Shown piece by piece: positions 23,870-26,333 of a stretch of DNA of 26,333 nucleotides. Position 1 is the first letter of the stretch. The number at the start of each line of letters is the position of its first letter. The notes under the pieces were generated by a model. It was not told where the DNA came from and searched no databases. It saw only the letters and a program-made list of their open reading frames with translations. The stretch is from a virus (taxonomy: Duplodnaviria; Caudoviricetes), in IMG/VR virus record IMGVR_UViG_3300032332_000032, positions 1 to 26,333 of that record; one strand, written 5' to 3'. The position numbers and the translations under genes were made by a program.

Positions 23870-24721
23870 ATGACCGATCGCAGAATTCAGTACCACTCTG
23901 AAAGATATAACAGTGAAATTAACACAGACGTTTCTATGCTGTCAGAGCAAGAACAGAGCCTAGTTAAACTTGCACTAAACAAAGAATGGACCAACCCAAA
24001 GTTTAAATTGAGATGGTTTGTTGGACAAGCACAAATTACCCCGTTCGCTAAATTCCGCCAATGGCTACTGGAAATCAAAACCAAAGAAGAATCCATCGAA
24101 AACATGGAATATGAAATTGCCAAACACGAAGTTGAGTGTGAAAGATTTCAAAGACTACGTGACGAAGCCAACGATGACCTAGATAGAAAACTAGCAGAAA
24201 TTGAGCTATGGAATAGACAACGTTTAAGCTATACCAGCAAACGTCGAATACAAGATTGGTATCTAGAAAGACAACACTTAATCGATCTTTGCAACGAATT
24301 TATGGCTTCCGAAGAAGCTAAACTGCCAGATGGTTCAGGAAGAACCTACATGGATGTTATAAACACCGCAGAAGAAGATGTCTATGAAGCGCAGTATTGG
24401 ACTAACAGATTGGCCAAGCAAGCGGCCTGCGATATGATTTTCTATGGTAGAATCAACAGCGGAAACATGGATGCCATCTTGATGATGAATCCAGAACAGC
24501 AAGCAGAGACCATGGCATTGACTGTGAATTTTGCTACCAAGTTGCAAAGCTACCAACAACAACTACAGGTTAGTGCAGATGATGCAGTGAGATCGTCACT
24601 GGGTATGGATATGAATTCGTTAACTACCCCTAAAGAAGAACCTGCTACACAAACATTATCAGTTGCTGATAATCAAAAGGAGATTTTTGATGTATATAAT
24701 TTACGAAACGATAGCCAGTAA
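23870..24721 (+). CDS. Hypothetical alpha-helical/coiled-coil protein (283 aa)
   Basis: Strong RBS and an E/K/R/Q-rich heptad-like central region. Composition differs from the upstream T/G/S-rich structural proteins. Confidence 0.8.
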   Translation: MTDRRIQYHSERYNSEINTDVSMLSEQEQSLVKLALNKEWTNPKFKLRWFVGQAQITPFAKFRQWLLEIKTKEESIENMEYEIAKHEVECERFQRLRDEANDDLDRKLAEIELWNRQRLSYTSKRRIQDWYLERQHLIDLCNEFMASEEAKLPDGSGRTYMDVINTAEEDVYEAQYWTNRLAKQAACDMIFYGRINSGNMDAILMMNPEQQAETMALTVNFATKLQSYQQQLQVSADDAVRSSLGMDMNSLTTPKEEPATQTLSVADNQKEIFDVYNLRNDSQ

Positions 24722-25223
24722 CGATCCAAGGAGATCTCCTGGCATTAGAGACTTTGGTACATTTTGGCACTATACAGTAGCCGAAGTTGCACCAGGCACA
24801 CACGTTGATTGGCTTAAGGGTCAGGAAGTTTCAGAAGCTGTGGCCAAGGTATGGATCCTAGTGACTTCAGTTGACGGTGAAATAACTGTGCTGAAATCAA
24901 AAGTAGATTCTTATGCAGAAATTATTCTGCCAAGCAGTGGCGGAAATACTGGTTACTATAAAGAAACTTATTTCTTAACTGATACGGATAAAACTCTAGC
25001 AAAAAATTTCCTAGGAACAGTATTAAAGATAGAAGCTAAAAATAAACTTAGCACAGATGGAATGAAAAATCCTGCTGACACATTAACTAGATTAAATCAG
25101 GTAATTGACAATACCCAAACGCTAAATGACATGCAGATGGTTATGAAAAATTATTTTGATGTTGATTGCAGTGCTTATACTGTAGGCCAACCAAAAAATC
25201 CAGCATTTACAGTAAACTGGTAA
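24690..25223 (+). CDS. Hypothetical protein (177 aa; start reassigned from TTG 24663)
   Basis: AGGAG at 24678-24682 precedes ATG 24690 (MYIIYETIAS...). It overlaps the previous gene by 32 nt. Confidence 0.7.
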   Translation: MYIIYETIASNDPRRSPGIRDFGTFWHYTVAEVAPGTHVDWLKGQEVSEAVAKVWILVTSVDGEITVLKSKVDSYAEIILPSSGGNTGYYKETYFLTDTDKTLAKNFLGTVLKIEAKNKLSTDGMKNPADTLTRLNQVIDNTQTLNDMQMVMKNYFDVDCSAYTVGQPKNPAFTVNW

Positions 25224-25246
25224 CATCACTTTAAAAGTTTAGATAG

Positions 25247-25280
25247 AGGTGTTATACTAAGTAGTGTAACACCTTTATTT
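25247..25280 (+). terminator. 12-bp hairpin plus T-rich tail; possible intrinsic terminator with a TAAGTA promoter-like loop
   Basis: AGGTGTTATACT-AAGT-AGTGTAACACCT (one G-U pair) followed by TTATTT. Confidence 0.5.
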
Positions 25281-25286
25281 ACGACT

Positions 25287-26333
25287 ATGAGAAAAATATT
25301 CAGCGTTCCGTTAAACCCAAAATTAAATCAAGCACAATTTAAAGAATTCTGTGAATTTCTATTTCAATATAAAGATTATATTAGAGATGTCTACTTCACA
25401 AGTCGAATAAAGCCCTTTGTACAAGATGCAATGGGTGATGTTTTTCTTTTAGAAGAATATCACCTTAGTATTATAGAATCTGCCCTGTACATACAGAATG
25501 CACTAGGCATACCTGTTAGTGCTACATTTAACAATATTGAAGTTCCGGCAACACAGCAAAACTTAGATATCTTTATTTCTAATTTCAAACCCCTATATGA
25601 TGCCGGTGTACGAAATGCAACAATTCCTCATACCCATTGGATGGCCACTGGCCAGATCAAACGGGCATTTCCTGAATTGTATGTAAAAAATACAATCCTA
25701 AGAGAAGTACACTCGGCACAAGAAGTAGTAAATCTTGCAGGATATGGATTTGACTATGTTAACCTTGATCGTGATCTAATGCGAGATAAGGATGCATTAC
25801 TGGCAATTAAAAAAGCTAAAGCATACATTAAAGAAACCATGGGCAAGGATATTGCCATCAGCCTATTGGCCAACGAAGGCTGTGTTGGCGGATGCAGCAT
25901 GATGGTAGAACATTTTCAATTTAACAACAACAGATCAGTTAACAATCCGCAATACTTTAATGATCCAATAAGCCGAATTAGCTGTAAAAAATGGGAAGTA
26001 GATGATCCTGCAACATCACTAAAAACAGCTAACTTTCCACCGTGGCGAGCTGACTGGGATGAGTTTATTGATGAACTGGGCATTGACAGTATCAAGATGC
26101 ACGGCCGAGAAGCAATAAGTCGACTATATGAAACCATGCAGATTATTAAAAATTATGCAGAAGGCAAAGAAATTTTATTTTCTGGGTTTGAACAATACCT
26201 AGAAGATACAAATCTTGTAGAAAAACCTATTAATATATGGCGTGAAAAAATTCGCAATTGCAAATTTGAATGTTGGGATTGCCAATACTGCGATAAAATC
26301 TACAACAAAAAATCAAACATGCATTACTCCGAG
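25287..26333 (+). CDS. U32 'peptidase' family Fe-S protein (3'-partial, >=349 aa; absent from the ORF track)
   Basis: Manual translation from ATG 25287 is open to the window end: MRKIFSVPLNP...LDRDLMRD...LLANEGCVGGC...SC...IKMHGRE...CKFECWDCQYC. The NEGCxxxC, later Cys, KxxGR and C-terminal Cys cluster fit U32 proteins. Confidence 0.7.
   Translation, partial: MRKIFSVPLNPKLNQAQFKEFCEFLFQYKDYIRDVYFTSRIKPFVQDAMGDVFLLEEYHLSIIESALYIQNALGIPVSATFNNIEVPATQQNLDIFISNFKPLYDAGVRNATIPHTHWMATGQIKRAFPELYVKNTILREVHSAQEVVNLAGYGFDYVNLDRDLMRDKDALLAIKKAKAYIKETMGKDIAISLLANEGCVGGCSMMVEHFQFNNNRSVNNPQYFNDPISRISCKKWEVDDPATSLKTANFPPWRADWDEFIDELGIDSIKMHGREAISRLYETMQIIKNYAEGKEILFSGFEQYLEDTNLVEKPINIWREKIRNCKFECWDCQYCDKIYNKKSNMHYSE

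Noticed and set aside
24663-24689. TTG start given by the ORF track for the 186-aa ORF
   Set aside because: ATG 24690 has a well-spaced AGGAG and a smaller overlap with the upstream gene.
1551-26137. About 30 short alternative-frame and minus-strand ORFs in the track (e.g. 15878-16231, 8545-8832, 25916-26137)
   Set aside because: All overlap long plus-strand genes, have no recognisable motifs, and are expected shadows of biased codon usage.
1-26333. Stop-codon reassignment (no gene ends in TAG; nearly all end in TAA)
   Set aside because: The standard code already gives near-complete coding density with no in-frame TAG/TGA interruptions. TAA preference is normal in AT-rich phages.
1-26333. 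CRISPR array, tRNA, rRNA, IS/integrase or intron/intein
   Set aside because: No spaced direct repeats, cloverleaf, transposase/recombinase motifs or interrupted genes were seen.

Overview
This is a gene-dense, all-plus-strand late/structural block of a large tailed phage, probably T4-superfamily-like given the TATAAATA/TAAATA late-promoter motifs in intergenic gaps. It holds 15 complete and 2 partial CDSs. Two pairs of paralogous virion proteins are present (360/350 aa and 1822/2715 aa), along with three small paralogous beta-sandwich proteins. These are followed by a fibre with an S74-type C-terminal chaperone and three tip/adhesin-like proteins sharing an N-terminal module (LamG, Gly-rich and propeller-like cargo). 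The block ends with a coiled-coil protein, a small protein and a U32-family Fe-S protein that the ORF track missed because it runs off the window. The most striking observation is that the two giant proteins contain seven helical repeats resembling the phycobiliprotein globin fold. All seven keep the R-D of the bilin-binding C-x-R-D motif and five keep the Cys, suggesting possibly pigment-binding virion proteins. Also notable are a structured ~130-nt leader RNA candidate and promoter-in-hairpin regulatory elements. All family assignments come from motif recognition by eye; no searches were run.
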